A stretch of 64,000 bases of DNA from Squalus acanthias (GCA_030390025.1 CM059425.1:178810001-178874000), one strand, 5' to 3'. Positions 37,014 through 50,662 are shown, counted from the first letter of the stretch. The notes: a model not told the origin generated them from the letters alone. Made by a program: numbers and translations.

Positions 37014-37758
37014 GGCCCAGAAATTGATCTCGCTCTGTTCCCGCGGGGGTAAGGCTTCCCCGCGATCTCTCACTCCGCGTATGCTTTTTCAGATCCAGCT
37101 CGCACGAACTTGATGTTCCAGACATCAGCCGGGCAGTGCTTACGTATCTCACCGGCGTAGTGAATTCGTGCGAGCTGTGGGATCACGTGACTCAGTTAGA
37201 GCCAATGGCAGCACACCATCTTCCATTCATAAGTTTCACATACGTGCTGTGAAATCTATGAATCTTACACCCCCCCAAAATAACAGCTAAACCTCAATTA
37301 AATTTAAAAAAAAAAAACATCACATTAATAAAATAAGTATAGTTAAATAAATTAACCATTTTAAATAAAAAATTAAATTTTTGAAAAAATTTAAAATCTT
37401 TTAAAAAGTTATAAAAATAAACTTACCGGTCTTTAAAGTCTCTAAAAAAGATACACCTGTTAAAAAAAATTCAAAAAAATACTTAATTCACTACTTACCT
37501 TGTTAAAAGTGGGTCTTACTCCTCCTTTTTCCATTTCTAAAATCTTCCGTACTTACCTGCGCGTCCAAAGCACGAAGTGCACAGCGTGCGCGCAGCCTGT
37601 AGCGCGCACGCGATGCACCGAGGAACCGCCCCCTTTTCAAAAGACCAAGTGCCGGTTTTCAGCGCATGCGTAGGGCATGCAGAAAACCGGCAATTGGAGA
37701 GAGAATACGCGAGAGTACGCAGTGCGTACTCTCGCGTCGCGGGATGAATTTTTGGCCC
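37014..37758. mobile_element. Harbinger-type MITE with CpG-rich arms and an AT-rich core
   Basis: Left GGCCCAGAAATTGATC versus right (reverse complement) GGGCCAAAAATTCATC; ATT TSD on both sides. Confidence 0.88.
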
Positions 37759-38565
37759 ATTATGTTGCATGTTGTAAAGTTTCCTGACTTGGTGATATAT
37801 CGTTCTAATTTTTCCCTTATTACACTAATGAAGAACCATTTTGCAGTTTAATGATGTGACAATATGACCTACATTATATAGTTATTTACTGTCAGAAAAC
37901 AATTTAAATCATGTGTATATTACAGAATTAATTTTGATAAGTGTTATATCTACAGACTGTATATTATGTAAACTTGATACCATCAACTGCATTGTTCAAC
38001 CCATGAGACCATTTCCATCTAAATGACTGATATAGACCTGCTTTTATTTTTCAGGTGAGTATCACAGAGTGCACTAAATTTATAAACATAGTACCTGTCT
38101 CCCCTTCATCCACATGCTATCTAAAACTGCGCGCTAATCAACTAATATTTCTTTCGCAACAATTCCAATGAACGCACTAAAGATAGGTGACTTAAGTTCC
38201 CTTGATGGATCATTTGGTAAAGCCACTGTCTAGTTGAGAACTAAGCTATGCAGATCAAAAAGTTGTTGGTTTAAAATCTCCATCTCTACAGAGTTAACTG
38301 ATTTCAAACTGCTGTACAGACTACTACACCTCCGGGCTAGATCAGCCAAAATTCCCACTCTTGATTGCTATCCAGCTGGAAAACTACAGGTAGTGGATCT
38401 ACCACAAAGGGGTCAGCTATCTGGGCCTAGCAGAAAAGCAGTTAATGAGAAGTCTTAGGCTCTTCAGGGAATCTGTGCCCGAGGTGTGGCCATCTGGTTC
38501 ACAAAAATCTGCAGAGACGATCAACTATCTTGTAATGCAATACCAGTGGCAGTGAAGGTCACCAC

Positions 38566-38743
38566 CAATGTTCCCCCTAATTTTTTTGGGTGCGCGGCCC
38601 CTTTAACGGGCTGCGCAACCCATTAAGGTTTTTGCGCATACGCATTTTTTTCCATTTAAAAGCTGGTGAGCGGTCTGCGCGGGACCTCCACACCGCTGCC
38701 TGGTCACACAGCCACGTGGCCGCGCAGCTTAACGTGAACATTG
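38566..38743. mobile_element. hAT MITE, 178 bp
   Basis: TIR CAATGTTC / GAACATTG; perfect 8-bp TSD GTCACCAC at 38558-38565 and 38744-38751. Confidence 0.9.
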
Positions 38744-38870
38744 GTCACCACTGTCCTTTTTTGCCATATGGACCTACCACATACCAACTAGATACAGCTC
38801 AATAGTTAGCTACATTTTGTGTGTGTTTAGGACAACTGATACTTTCTTTTCAACATAATGATAGACTGAA

Positions 38871-39430
38871 AGAACATAAGAACATAAGAATGTAAGAAAT
38901 AGGAGCAGGAGTAGGCCATTCAGCCCTTCGAGCCTGCTCCGCCATTCAATAAGATCATGGCTGATCTTTTACCTCAACTCCACCTTCCCGCACTATCCCC
39001 ATATCCCTTAGTATCCAAAAATCTATCGATCTCTGTCTTGAATATACTCAATGACTGAGCATCCACAGCCCTTTGGGGTAGAGAATTCCAAAGATTCACA
39101 ACCCTTTGATTGAAGAAATTTCTTCACATCTCAGTCCTAAATGGCCAACCCCTTTTTCTAGACTCCCCAGCCAGGGGAAACATCCTCCCAGCATCTACCC
39201 TGTCAAGCCCCTTAAGAATTTTACATGTTTCAATGAGATCACCTCTCATTCTTCTAAACTTTAGGGAATATGGGCCTAGTCTACTCAATCTCTCCTCATA
39301 GGAAATCCCCCCCATCCCAGGAATCAGTCTAGTGAACCTTCATTGCACTCCCTCGCAGGCAAGGAGACCAAAACTGTGCACTGTACTCCAGGTGTGGTCT
39401 CACCTTATACTCTAATCCTTTTGTAATAAA
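38871..39430 (-). mobile_element. CR1 LINE 3' fragment with internal deletions
   Basis: SYEERLSRLG..RRMRGDLIE; CR1 tail at 38871-38900. Confidence 0.88.
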
Positions 39431-39731
39431 GGCTAATAAAGATACATTAAAAGTGCATTAATTTTATTATGCTTGCGGTTTACTTATTTAATTTGTTCTG
39501 CTGTTCCATTTGTCCTGTTTGTTCAGTATGTCTTCATGTTGGTTGTCCATGTGCCCTACTAAGTATTCCCTTTTTAAAAAAAAAAGTAGCACTAGCCAAT
39601 TGGTGAACGTCAGGGGATGCAGAAGGCCAACTACCTAAATCTGTGACTAACATGAGTGCCAATTAATCATAAAAACAGAAAATGCTGGAAACACTCAGCA
39701 GGTCAGGCGGCATCTGTGGCGAGAGAAACAG

Positions 39732-39768
39732 AGTTAACGTTTCAGGTCAATGACCCTTCGTCAGAACT
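39732..39768 (-). ncRNA. Minimal type I hammerhead ribozyme motif
   Basis: agtt-CTGACGA-agggtcattgacct-GAAA-CG-TT-aact. Confidence 0.7.
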
Positions 39769-40275
39769 GGAAAAAGCTGGAGATAGAACAGGTTTTCAAG
39801 CAAGTGCAGGGGCAGGGAAAGGGGGGGGGGAGGAAAGAACAAAAGGGAAGGTCTGTGATAGGATGGAAGGCAGGAGAGATTAAGAGACATTAAGAGAGAT
39901 TAAGAGATGGTGCAAGGCAAAAAGGAGATGGTAATGGGACAAGTAAAGAAACAAAAGATGGCTCTAGATGAAGTGTAAATGGCTCTGGCAGAATGAAAGA
40001 CAGCTGCCATGTGGGAGAGAGGGGAAAAAAAGTAAGATAAATGGGAAAAAAAGGATGGGGCAGAGGTTATGATCTGAAATTGTTGAACTCTGTTGAGTCC
40101 AGAAGGCTGTAAAGTGCCTAATCGAAAGATGAGGTGCTGTTCCTCGAGCTTACGTTGAGCTTCATTGGAACAGTGCAAGAGGCCGAGGACGGTGAGGTCT
40201 GAGTGGGAGTGGAGCGGAGAATTAAAATGACTTGCGACCGGAAGCTCAAAACCTGTTCCATCTCCAGCTTTTTCC

Positions 40276-40312
40276 AGTTCTGACGAAGGGTCATCGACCT
40301 GAAACGTTAACT
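40276..40312 (+). ncRNA. Minimal type I hammerhead ribozyme motif
   Basis: agtt-CTGACGA-agggtcatcgacct-GAAA-CG-TT-aact. Confidence 0.7.
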
Positions 40313-41931
40313 CTGTTTCTCTCTCTCCACAGATGCCGCCTGACCTGCTGAGTATTTCCAGCATTTTCTGTTTTTATTTCAGATTTCCAGCATCCGCAGT
40401 ATTTTGCTTTTGTGCCAATTAATCATGCCATTTCGGAGAGTATTGCCTCATGATGCCCATTTCATGATCTTAGTGAGCAGCCATGAACTAGTTCCACCAC
40501 TGTGTTCTCAGACCTAACTTAAACTTTTCAAAAAGCTTTTTATTATAGTAATCACAGTAGATTGACATGGCCATTTACCAAAACAATGTTGTTGCTGCAG
40601 CAACAGTGTAGACTATCTCAACCATTGCATTGTCTTCCTGTTCTTTCTGTAAGATGCTGTGCTGCCTTCAACTTGTCACCAGTGAACCATCACTGGATAA
40701 CTGTACCATGTACTGATATTAAATCTGTTGTGCCACCTCATTAGGCAGCAAATTTAACTTTGTTCTATTAATGTTTGACTGTCAATTCCATTATTTTACA
40801 AAGCATAACCTTGGCGCAGCTAACACAGTAGCTATTACTGGAACTGAATCTTGTAATCAGAGCATGAAGAGGCTTGACTATTTTCCAAGACTCCCTTCCA
40901 CCTTTCCTCTCATCTTCTTATTCACAGTTCTGTTAGCTAACATGTTTAATTTCAGTACTGATTTATAACAGCACTGTACACATTTTAGTACAGGATAATA
41001 ACGTGCTAAAATCTGCTGATTAAAATACCAAAAAAACATAAGAAACAGCATGAGTACTAAAATGGCATTGGTCCAATCTGAACTCCATATATTCCAGTAA
41101 TGCATGTAGGAGATGGTCATGTCTCAGTAATCACTACTGGAGTTTTTCATGCTTACGACTAGGCTGCAATTAGTGTATGAATTAAAGCATCTCATCTGGA
41201 ACACAAGCCTGCCAATAAAGGCCTATTCAAGCAGAATAACATGCGCTTGACCTTTCAAGCAAAGATGCCTGCCATTCTTGTCACAGATCTTAAAGTAACA
41301 AAATCAAGCTATGTGTTCATATAAAAAAAGGTGATACTCTACCATACTGTAATGAGGCAGTATGAGGTAAAAAATATCTGGTTTGAACAGAATTAGCATA
41401 GAGCCATTGAACTCACAGGGGAGAAATGGGCACCAGTCAGGCTGGACTTCTGGCTCATGTCTGTAGTCAGCCCCAGTTAGGTTGATGTTAGGGGTCTCAA
41501 ATAAAACAATTTTCTTTTCAATTCCATCTTTGAAGGTGTTGACAAATTTAACCTTCATGGTAGTGTTACTGGAAGGTGGTGAGCCCTTTCCTTATTTAGA
41601 TTGTGCACTATGACCCAGCCCCACAGTTACCTGCCTATCTGGTTTTACAAATACCCAGATATCAGTTCAAAGGAAGACTTAGGCCGGAATTTTCATGACC
41701 TGGGCGGGTCGGGTCAGGACCCTATTCTTTTCATCCTGCTCCTCAGAGCCTATTAAGGCAGGCCTGTGCATTTCCTGGCCCTATTAAATGGTGCGGGTCG
41801 GATGACGTCATCGATGACTCATTTTCAGCCGGGATATTTAAAGGAGCCTTCACCACATTGCATTTGAAGGTTCATCTAGGAGTGTGCAGGCAGTACATTT
41901 CAGCATTTGAGTCTTGCTCAGCCTTGTACAC

Positions 41932-43736
41932 ATGGCTTCAGAGAGGCAAAGAGCTACACTCAGGTTCTCAGATGACTCCAGCCATATGCTTGTGGAGGGA
42001 GTGAGAGCACACAGGGAGGCCCTCTTCCCTTCTGATGGGTGCAAGAGAACTCGCCAGGAGACCAAAAGAGCCTGGCTGGAGATAGCAGAGGAGGTCAACA
42101 GCAGGGATGTGGTGAGGAGGACCTGGGTGCAGTGCCGGAAGCGTTTCAATTATTTAATGAGATCAGGAAAATGAGTGCAAAGCCGCACTCAACTGCATCC
42201 TGCTGTGCCTCTCATCACAGCCCCATCACTCTGCCTTCCCAAGCCTGCTCCTGCACATCATTACTCACACCAATATACCTTGCACGTCCACACCTCTCTA
42301 TCTACATACTCACATCCCTATCTGACTAACAACACCTCACACTCACCCTCATCCTAATGCAATCATACCAACTAACACACAAGGAGGCCACTTTGCATTG
42401 ACACTTTGGCATTGGCACCACACTCCCTCATAGTCATCCCCTAAAGATGTAACCCAGACATTCCTTACACGCATGCCATCACTCTCACTTCTCTTCTTTC
42501 CCTCCTTGCAGGAGAAGAGAGCCCACAATAAGAGAGAGAGAGAACCAGAGGTGGCCCTCCATCATTCGCCATGTTGACTCCAGCAGAGGAGGTCACCCTG
42601 GAGGTCTCAGGAGTTGCAGAGCAGCTGGTGGTGAGAGACAGAGAGAGGGGGACATCGCAGCAACCTGGTGACAGAATTACATCTCATACAGCCACATGGC
42701 ATACAGCAGTCACTCATATGGGGACTGATGTCAGCAGCCAGTGAATGTTCACCATGTGCATAATGGTATCGTTACCCATTCTTGATATGACATTTCTAAA
42801 TAATCTCCCACAGGTCCATCAAGAATCCACCCCCCCCACCTCCAGCCTCTGAGGATGCACCGTCACCAGTCCTAAGCGCACCCAGCACCAGCGCATATAC
42901 GCACACCTCGGTGGGTCCTACCCAAGATAGAGTAGTGTTGTCACCTGGTGTATCACAAGTCACAAGTGAGCAAGAGGAGATGGTAGAGACAGGGACAGCA
43001 GTGGAGACTCATTGCTGGAGGCCGCAGGATGCTCCCAGCTCGGCTCAGCCTCATGCAGACGCTGAGCCTCGGGGGCCATTGAGAAAGGGGCCGATTCTGG
43101 AGGTGCAGGAGGCTCTGACAGGTTTTGCAACTGCGATGTCTGCCAATGTGCAGAGTATGGAGGAGTCCACCTCCAACATGAGCATCACCGTGTCGCAGGC
43201 GATGGTGACGATGTGCTCTTCCGTGGAAAAGATGGCCACCTGCATGAAGCAATTAATGCGCCACTCGCATGAGCATATGCTATCTATGGAGAACAGATGG
43301 CAGAGGCTCATAGACCTCTGCTCTAGGAGGGATGTCAACGTAGACTTGGGTCCTCACGGCCCCACTGCTGTGTAGCAAGGTGCTCTCCAGCTCCTTGCTA
43401 GCAGGGAAGTGCGGGTGGCCCATGAGAGGGATGATGGCGAGAGGGGAAATGGAAGTGGGGGCTCCTCTCAAAGCACTCACACTTCTCTCCCATTGCCTCC
43501 CCCTCACTCAGAGCCCCAGATGCCTCCTGGGATCGCGATGGGCGAGTCTGCCCCTGCACAGTCGCAGGATGAGCAGACTTGAGGGGCCATCAGGGGCCCA
43601 AAAACCCAGAGGACGTCCGCCAAAAGTGTCTACGCAGTCACAGCAGGGAAGTGAGCAGGCTGCCTGTACCTCTGCTGAAGCCACAGGGGTTGCACCTCGT
43701 AAAAGCACACGTAAGCAAAAGATGACACAGAAGTAG
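41932..43736 (+). pseudogene. Harbinger Myb/SANT protein, three exons, decayed
   Basis: RFSDDS..AWLEIAEEVNS..RRTWVQCRKRFN; first donor mutated to ATGAGT; exon 2 from 42512, exon 3 from about 42814; KPRGRPPK near the C-terminus. Confidence 0.85.
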
Positions 43737-43992
43737 ATGCACAAGGGTAAGCACATGGGTGTTTAAAGTGTTTGTTAAGGTTCTGTTACTCTTATGTCAC
43801 ATATAAAACTATTATTTTCACCACTTTCATGCCCAATTTTGTCTGCTACTTTGGAAGTGGCTTAGTGAGTTGGAGTGAATGGTGAGAAAGAAATGGCTTG
43901 GTCATTGTAGGGATGTTTTATGCTGTTGTTGGGGGTGAGGGGGAAAAAACCTGGCACAGCATGCAGCAGCCATATGGGTGTAATGCAGGAAA

Positions 43993-45171
43993 TTAAGTAA
44001 ATCTGGCCATGATGAGGCCATCCCTGGACTCTCAGGCAGTAATGTGGTGGCATCTGGATCTCAGGTTCCTCCTGCGCTTCCTCCTCATCTTCCAGCTGGT
44101 GCTCCTCCTCCTCCTCCTCGTCTGTGTGCTCAGAGACTTGCTCCTCATGCAGCGCTAATCCTCGCTGCTGCGCTATGGTGTGCAGCAGACGACGATGATT
44201 CTGGAGATCCTGGCGGCTGGTGCGTACTGAAGGGCTCCTCCAGATCTGTCAAGGCATCTGAAGCTTTCCTATTGTTTGCTCTATGACACATCTGGTGGAC
44301 GTGGCTTTTATTATATCTCTCCTCGGCATCAGTACTTGGCCTCCTCAAGGGTGTCATGAGACACTTCTTCAGTGGCTAGCCCTTGACTCCAAGCAGCCAG
44401 CAAGTCTGCTTGGAGGTGCGAAGAGCGGAGGGAGGGTGAACTGGCACATGACGAAAGAATCATGACAGCTGCCAGGGAATTTGGCACACACATACATGAT
44501 CTACCGATGGTTGCAGACGAGCTGCACATTGAGGGAATGGAAGCCCTTGCGGTTGACAAAGACTCCTGGGTGATGATGGGGTGACCTGATGGCCACGTTT
44601 GTGCAGTCATTGATGTCTTACACCTGTGGGAAGCCAGCCAGAGTGGTAAAGCCCAGCACCCGCTGAGTAACACTGGCATCATCAGTGGCAAAGTTGATAT
44701 AATTGTCTGACTTGTCAAACAGGGCATTGGTGACTTGCATCTGTGGGCCGCCGACAGCGAGATGCCACAAATGTCTGCTGCAGATCCCTTGAACGAGCTT
44801 GAGGCAAAGAAGTTGAGGGTGCTCGTGACTTTGACAGCCACTGGTAAGGAGTGTCCACCAGGACCTCTGGGCTGCAGCTCTTGCTCCATCAAGCTACAAA
44901 CGTTGCCGATGACCTGGTGCGATAGCCTGAGCCTCCTTTGGCACTTCTGCTCAGTCATGTTGAGGAAGCTCATCCTCTGCCTGTATACCGTGTTGGGGAT
45001 GTCACCTCTGGCACAGTGCAGCCCTGCGCTGATGCCCTCTGGAGCATCAGATTGTTAAGGAGGTTGTTGGCGCTGTTGCTGCTGCAGCTGGTGTGCCTGG
45101 TGCTGCTGGTGTTGGGGCTCATCTTGGTCCAATTCTGAGGACCAAGGTGAGACAGTATAAATGGCACCCAT
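43993..45171 (-). pseudogene. Harbinger DDE transposase, frameshifted
   Basis: [41 protein letters not shown]; several frameshifts. Confidence 0.9.
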
Positions 45172-46480
45172 GCTGATGTAATAGATGGCAGGTCAAGTAG
45201 AGATCAGAGAAGCAATCAGTCAGTGGTGTGATAGGTAGTAGCAATGAGGTGAGAGTGGTTTCCGAATTTGCAGAAGAGACTTGCAAACTCTAGGCACCTA
45301 AATCTGCGCTGAAAATGCACTCAGCAATAGCCTTTCCCTTAGGAAAGTAAGCAGGTGTCATGTGGCAGTATTTATTGGTCTTTCCATGCTTTGCAGTAAT
45401 GACCTCGATCAATGGCCCCTGAACCTTTGCCTCAGCTTGGCAGATGTGGTTCCCGAGCTGCGTGATTCCTGTAGTCATGCAGTGAAATTCAAAAAGTCTG
45501 GTTAAAAGCACTGTTAAGGGTCTGACAACAAGGTAATAATGATTTAAAATAGGTCACCCGCCTCTGCCGTTTGGGTCCATGCCGTGCTGGCAAAAGCACC
45601 CGAGTTAAAAGCACAAGGAGGTGGATTGACGGTGGATTCCCAACCCACTCCCATTTATTGCGAATTTTATTCCCGACCCGCCTCCAATCCCACACTCAAG
45701 GCAGTATGAAATTTCAGGCCTTAATCATGGCTATCTGCAGTGAAGAGACAGAAATAAATGATGAGGAAAATAAGTTTTCAAAAAGGTTTTGCAAAAGAAA
45801 TATGAAGAATATCCTGGTAAAACTGATTCCCCTAGACTGCAGTACCAATATCTTTTCAAGCATTAATGTGAATGAACACATCGTTCATACCATAGCCACA
45901 ATATCTTTTAATATTAGGCTTACAATTGTAAAGGTTTAGATAAAGATTTCAGCAGTAATGATTTCAAAGAATAAAACAAATTGTTTGAGGGAAAAATTCG
46001 GTACATAGCGCCTCCTGTTAGCAGCAGAAGATGGCGCTAACGGGGTGCTAGAGCATTATCGCTGGGGCAAGGTGAATCCAACACCACACGCCGAAACCCC
46101 CCCCCCCGCTGCTAACAGTTATCGCCGGGAGCCTCAACGCCAACTGGATCGTGATGTCAGAGAGTGTGCAGCGCTCACCGAGCGCCTGATCTGAGAACTT
46201 TATTGTCACCACCTACCTTCGCGCCTGGAGTAAACAGCGACAGGGAGAGCTGGCATAAAGCAGCAGAAAGCTGGCTCCAGGGACATCATTTAAAGAGATC
46301 ATCAGTAATGAGTCGCAGCTGTAGGTTAGTGGAGTTTCAGTACTTTCTTGTCAGTTTCACATAGTCCAACAGTCTGATTCCATAATTTCAAGGTTATTTA
46401 GTACCAGAAATGTTATGGCAACTAAAAAGTAGCTACATGTATTCTTAAAAAAAATCAAACTGCAAAACTTGGTTACATTA

Positions 46481-47665
46481 ATAGGGACTGTACTGGCAGT
46501 TGACCTCGCCCTCCAGGATCTATGGCGGAGGGAGCAGAGGCAGTGATAAACACTGGAACATGTGCTCAGAGGGAGGAGGAGGGCCAGCAGGCTCTCAACA
46601 GGAGGCCTTACCCTCCCAGGGTATTCCAAGAGCACTTTTCCTATCTCCAATTAAGCGAGGAGCAGTGTATTAGAAGGCTCTGCTTCACCAAGGAGGTGGC
46701 CACAGAACTCTGCCACCTCCTGCAACCAGACCTCCAGCCTCAGGTCAGGGTGACCATGGCTCTCAGTGGCAGTCAAGGTCACTGTCACCCTCAATTCCTT
46801 AGCCAGCAGATATTTCAAGTCTGCAACAGGCGACATAGCGATCATCTCAGTTTGCCATCGATCGCTGCATTCGGGTGGTCACAGAGGGTTTCTACAGTAA
46901 GAGAAACGACTACTTTTCCTTCCCCATCACCAGAGAGAAGCAGGATGAGCATGCATGTGGCTTTGCCAGGATAGCAGGATTCCCCATGGTGCAGGGTGCC
47001 ATTGACTGCACCCACGTGGCTTTGCGGGCACTGCATAACAATCCTGAGATCTTCCGTAACCGCAAAGGCTACCACACACTCAATGTGCAGTTGGTGTGCG
47101 ACCATAGACAGCAAATTCTCAATGTCAATGCCCGTTATTCTGGCAGCAGCCACAAGGCCTTCATCCTGCACCAGACCGGTGTCAGCACTCTTCCAACCAC
47201 CACATCAAACTCGCGGCTGGCTGGTCGGAGACAAGGGCTATCCGCTCTCCACCTGGCTCATGACTCCCGTCCGCAACCCCAACACTCCTACCCAGCACTC
47301 ATAATGAGAGCTATGCTGCCACCAGGAACATCATCGAGCAGACCATCGGCCTGCTGAACCAACGGTTCCGCTGCCTTGACTGCTCGGGAAGTGCCCTCCA
47401 GTACTCAGCTGAGTGGGTGACCTATTTTGTGGTGGTCTGCTGCATGCTCTACAACTTGGCCATCATGAGGGCCCAGCTGTTGCCACCAGGGATTACGGGA
47501 CCACCTCAGGAGGAGGAAGAGGGAGAGGAGGAGGAGCATGAGGAGGAGGAAGAGGAAGACAAGGAGGACGAGGACAAGCAGGAGCGAGGGAGGAGGCAGC
47601 CACTAAACCGGCTTTCCAGAAGGGTGGTCCGTAACCATCTCATCAGACTGCGGTTCGAATTAATT
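46481..47665 (+). pseudogene. Harbinger DDE transposase, frameshifted
   Basis: [21 protein letters not shown] (D changed to K), GDKGYPL, poly-Glu tail; spread over several frames. Confidence 0.9.
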
Positions 47666-47859
47666 AAACCCCAGATCCCCATTGCTAACCACATCCCCAT
47701 GATTCCATTCCTGTCACACGCCATATCACAATGTAAAGCTGAAATGGGTCACACCACAAAAGAATTCAAACTGAATTAATAAATCTATCAATAATCAGTG
47801 AACACATATTTACAAGAAAAATTTTAACTACTCACCCTTGTGCAATCCACTCGTGCCTG

Positions 47860-48833
47860 TCGTTACTGTGCCTTTGCCTACTCTAGTGCTCCTACGAAGT
47901 GTTGGCCCTATGGCTGCAGCAGGGCTGGTGGAAGGCTGCTAAGTGTCCATGTGGGAGACTTCAGGTGGCCTTGCAGGACGCCCTTAACCAGCTCTGGGCC
48001 TGGAAGGCCCGACTGCACCACCTCAGCATGGGCAGCAGCAGTCTGGCCTGGCTGGATGACAGGCAGCGACAAGTGCAATGGCGGAGTGGCAGTGGTGGGA
48101 GCAGGAAGGCTGTCATCCTGAGAGAGGACAGCAGGTTCTTGCTCCACTGACCCACTGCCAAATCCCCAGGGCAGGACCTCAGCAACCTTGGCAATCTGTT
48201 GGAGCACAGATTGCTGGCCTGCTGCAACAACGTGAAAGCCCTAGTCGACGGTGTAGACCCAGCCACGATGGCAGCAGAGCTTGCCTGGCATGAAGCTGAG
48301 ACTGCATGAGAACAGTCTGAGATTGGATGCCACCAACCATAGACTGCATTACAGCATGACTTTGCATCGCTTCCATCTGTGCAGCAATGGAAGCTGCCAG
48401 ATCGCCCATCACAAGCGGCATCAGGTCTGGGTCACCACGGTCTCTCTGGGAGTCTACCATCCTTTTCAGGATGATGGGCTCCATGGTGTGCACAGAGCAT
48501 TGTTGGAGGTGGACTCCTCCACGTGCCTTATCATTGCCGAAAGGCTCTCGGGCATCCTTGCCATTGCACCCATCTCCGTGTGCATGCCTATCACCCTTCT
48601 TCTAAACGCCACCCCATCAAGGTCCTCATCTGAATCCTGTGCAGCAGAACTCGCACATGAACTCGCCCTCCGGGGAGCTGCCCCCCGAGCTACCCTTTCC
48701 CCTGGCATTGCAGAAGACTTGCGGCATGGGCCTCCTGCCACTTGCCGGGTAGAGCACCGCCCTCTGTCTCTCCACAGCGAACACAGTGATCGCAGAAACT
48801 GCAGGCTCTCTCCCTGGGGCATGGATCTGCCAT
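47860..48833 (-). pseudogene. Harbinger Myb/SANT gene with an internal deletion (part of exon 1 fused to exon 3)
   Basis: MADPCPRERA start; SAAQDSDEDLDGVAF, SQDDSL and AHAEVVQS are shared with the other copies. Confidence 0.8.
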
Positions 48834-49204
48834 GAGTACAGCTGCTTCAGTCCTCCAGCTCCTTCTCTTTGATCTGCTGCTGTTTGCTGAGGCAGCTGCA
48901 CAGCCAGCGATGCTGAGAATGAACCTCCGCTTTAAGAACTGAATAAAGCCTGTGGCAATCATGACTTGTGATTAGACTGCACCTGATATTGGTCAACCTT
49001 TTGAGTCTAACACCAATGAGCTTAGGCTTAAAGGGGTAAAAATTCAGTTGGTTGCGCCTCCCGTTAGCGCCTTAAGAGGGCGCTAATGGGGCGCAAAGCC
49101 GCTAGCGCCCGGGCGCAGCGATGTTTGCACCGCTCGGGAACTTAACTAGACATTGTGCGGCGGCGCTAAACCTTACGGCTGCGACCACCTGCGCACGCAG
49201 ATTG

Positions 49205-49350
49205 TGACGTCATTCCATGGTGCAACGCCCTTGTGGCACCCCGGAGCGGAAATTGAGTGGCGCCCCCTGCCTTACTGCCTGGCGCATCCAACGACCGGAA
49301 GACTGGAACGCTATCAATCACTGTGGGGCTGGGGGGGGTGCTATTTAAAG
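49205..49350 (+). promoter_or_regulatory. Putative transposase promoter: CRE palindrome plus TATA-like box
   Basis: TGACGTCA at 49205-49212 and TATTTAAAG at 49342-49350; both retained in the 63154 copy. Confidence 0.5.
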
Positions 49351-49543
49351 GGGGCCTCTTCCTGTCTTTTTCTGTGGTTGACATTTTTGCACCACTCGTT
49401 CTGAGAGAGAGAGAGAGATTCGGAGAGAGAGAAAGAGAGACTTCTGCATTGAGTCAACGCTTTGTGAGGTAGTTTTGCCTACTGATCCTAACTTCGCTGC
49501 TACTTTGGTTGCTGTCCTTCATAACTTTGCTTGCAAAGAGACT

Positions 49544-50662
49544 ATGGGGGCTGCACTGATTGGGGGCGTCGTCCTGCTCCAGCTGAATCGGAGGACACAG
49601 AGACGCAGAGAGAGAGTGGCAATGATGGCCAGACGGAGGAGGGCCAACAGGCGTATGTACAGGAGAGCTTACCCTCCCAGGGTATATCGTGAACAGCTCT
49701 CCTACATTCATATGTCTGAGGAGCTGTGTTTGCGAAGGCTGCGATTCAGCAAGGAGGTGGTCACTGAGCTCTGCCACCTGCTGCAGCCAGATCTGCAGCC
49801 TCAACTGAGGTCCAGGACGTCTCTGTCGGTGGCAGTGAAGGTCACAGTGGCTCTCAACTTCTATGCTACTGGCTCATTTCAAGCTGCTGCTGGGGACCTC
49901 GCCAATATCTCCCAGTTTGCGGTGCCTTGCTGCATCCGGCAGGTCACAAATGCCCTCTTTAAAAGGAGACGAGAGTTCATCTCTTTCCCCATGACCCCAG
50001 ACAAGCAGCGTGACCGCGCTCTGGGCTTTGCGAGGATAGCGGGCTTCCCCATGGTGCAGGGCGCCATTGACTGCACGCATGTGGCTTTGCGTGCTCCACA
50101 TGAGAATGCCGAGGAATTCCGGTACAGAAAGGGATTCCATTCCTTCAATGTTCAGTTGGTCTGTGACCACAGACAGCTGATATTCGCTGTCAATGCCCAC
50201 TATCCTGGCAGCTGCCACGATGCTTTCATCCTGTGCCAGACTACTGTGGCAGAACTTTTCGAGGCACCGCATCAGCCAGTTGGTTGGCTTCTCGGGGACA
50301 AGGGGTATCCATTGAGCACCTGGCTGATGACACCGCTCCGTACGCCCAACACCCCTGCTGAGCTGCGGTACAACGAGAGCCATCAAGCTACCAGGAACAT
50401 CATTGAGCGCACAATCGGCGTGCTGAAGCAACGGTTCCGCTGTCTCGACCATTCTGGAGGAGCCCTGCAGTACTCGCCTGAGCGAGTATCCAACTTCGTA
50501 GTTGTGTGCTGCATGTTGCATAACATGGCAATCGTCAGGACCCAGCCAATGCCACCAGAGGACGAGGAGGATGATCATCAGCAGCACCAAGGCGGGAGGG
50601 CGGCCCACAATGGTGAAACTGCGAGGGCCGTCCGTCAACGGCTGATAGCAAGCCGCTTCTAG
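49544..50662 (+). CDS. Harbinger (HARBI1-like) DDE transposase, 372 aa
   Basis: Open ATG..TAG frame with [40 protein letters not shown] and CCMLHN. Confidence 0.93.
   Translation: MGAALIGGVVLLQLNRRTQRRRERVAMMARRRRANRRMYRRAYPPRVYREQLSYIHMSEELCLRRLRFSKEVVTELCHLLQPDLQPQLRSRTSLSVAVKVTVALNFYATGSFQAAAGDLANISQFAVPCCIRQVTNALFKRRREFISFPMTPDKQRDRALGFARIAGFPMVQGAIDCTHVALRAPHENAEEFRYRKGFHSFNVQLVCDHRQLIFAVNAHYPGSCHDAFILCQTTVAELFEAPHQPVGWLLGDKGYPLSTWLMTPLRTPNTPAELRYNESHQATRNIIERTIGVLKQRFRCLDHSGGALQYSPERVSNFVVVCCMLHNMAIVRTQPMPPEDEEDDHQQHQGGRAAHNGETARAVRQRLIASRF

Larger units (their letters stand above)
39671..40411. mobile_element. Penelope family 1 insertion with inverted termini
   Basis: EAQRKLEEQHLIFRLGTLQPSGLN on the minus strand; inverted arms about 39671-39796 / 40247-40376; 15-bp TSD GTGCCAATTAATCAT at 39656-39670 and 40412-40426. 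Confidence 0.9.
41682..45720. mobile_element. Full-length but decayed Harbinger transposon
   Basis: TIRs GGCCGGAATTTTCAT / ATGAAATTTCAGGCC; TTA TSD at 41679-41681 and 45721-45723; two convergent genes. Confidence 0.93.

Noticed and set aside
41304..41558. 84-aa ATG ORF in unique sequence
   Set aside because: No recognisable domain or supporting gene structure; its length is within chance.
49475..49543. N-terminal extension giving the 395-aa ORF in the track
   Set aside because: It uses a non-ATG start and the sister copy has a stop in this region. The segment looks like 5' UTR or a short intron; ATG 49544 is conserved.
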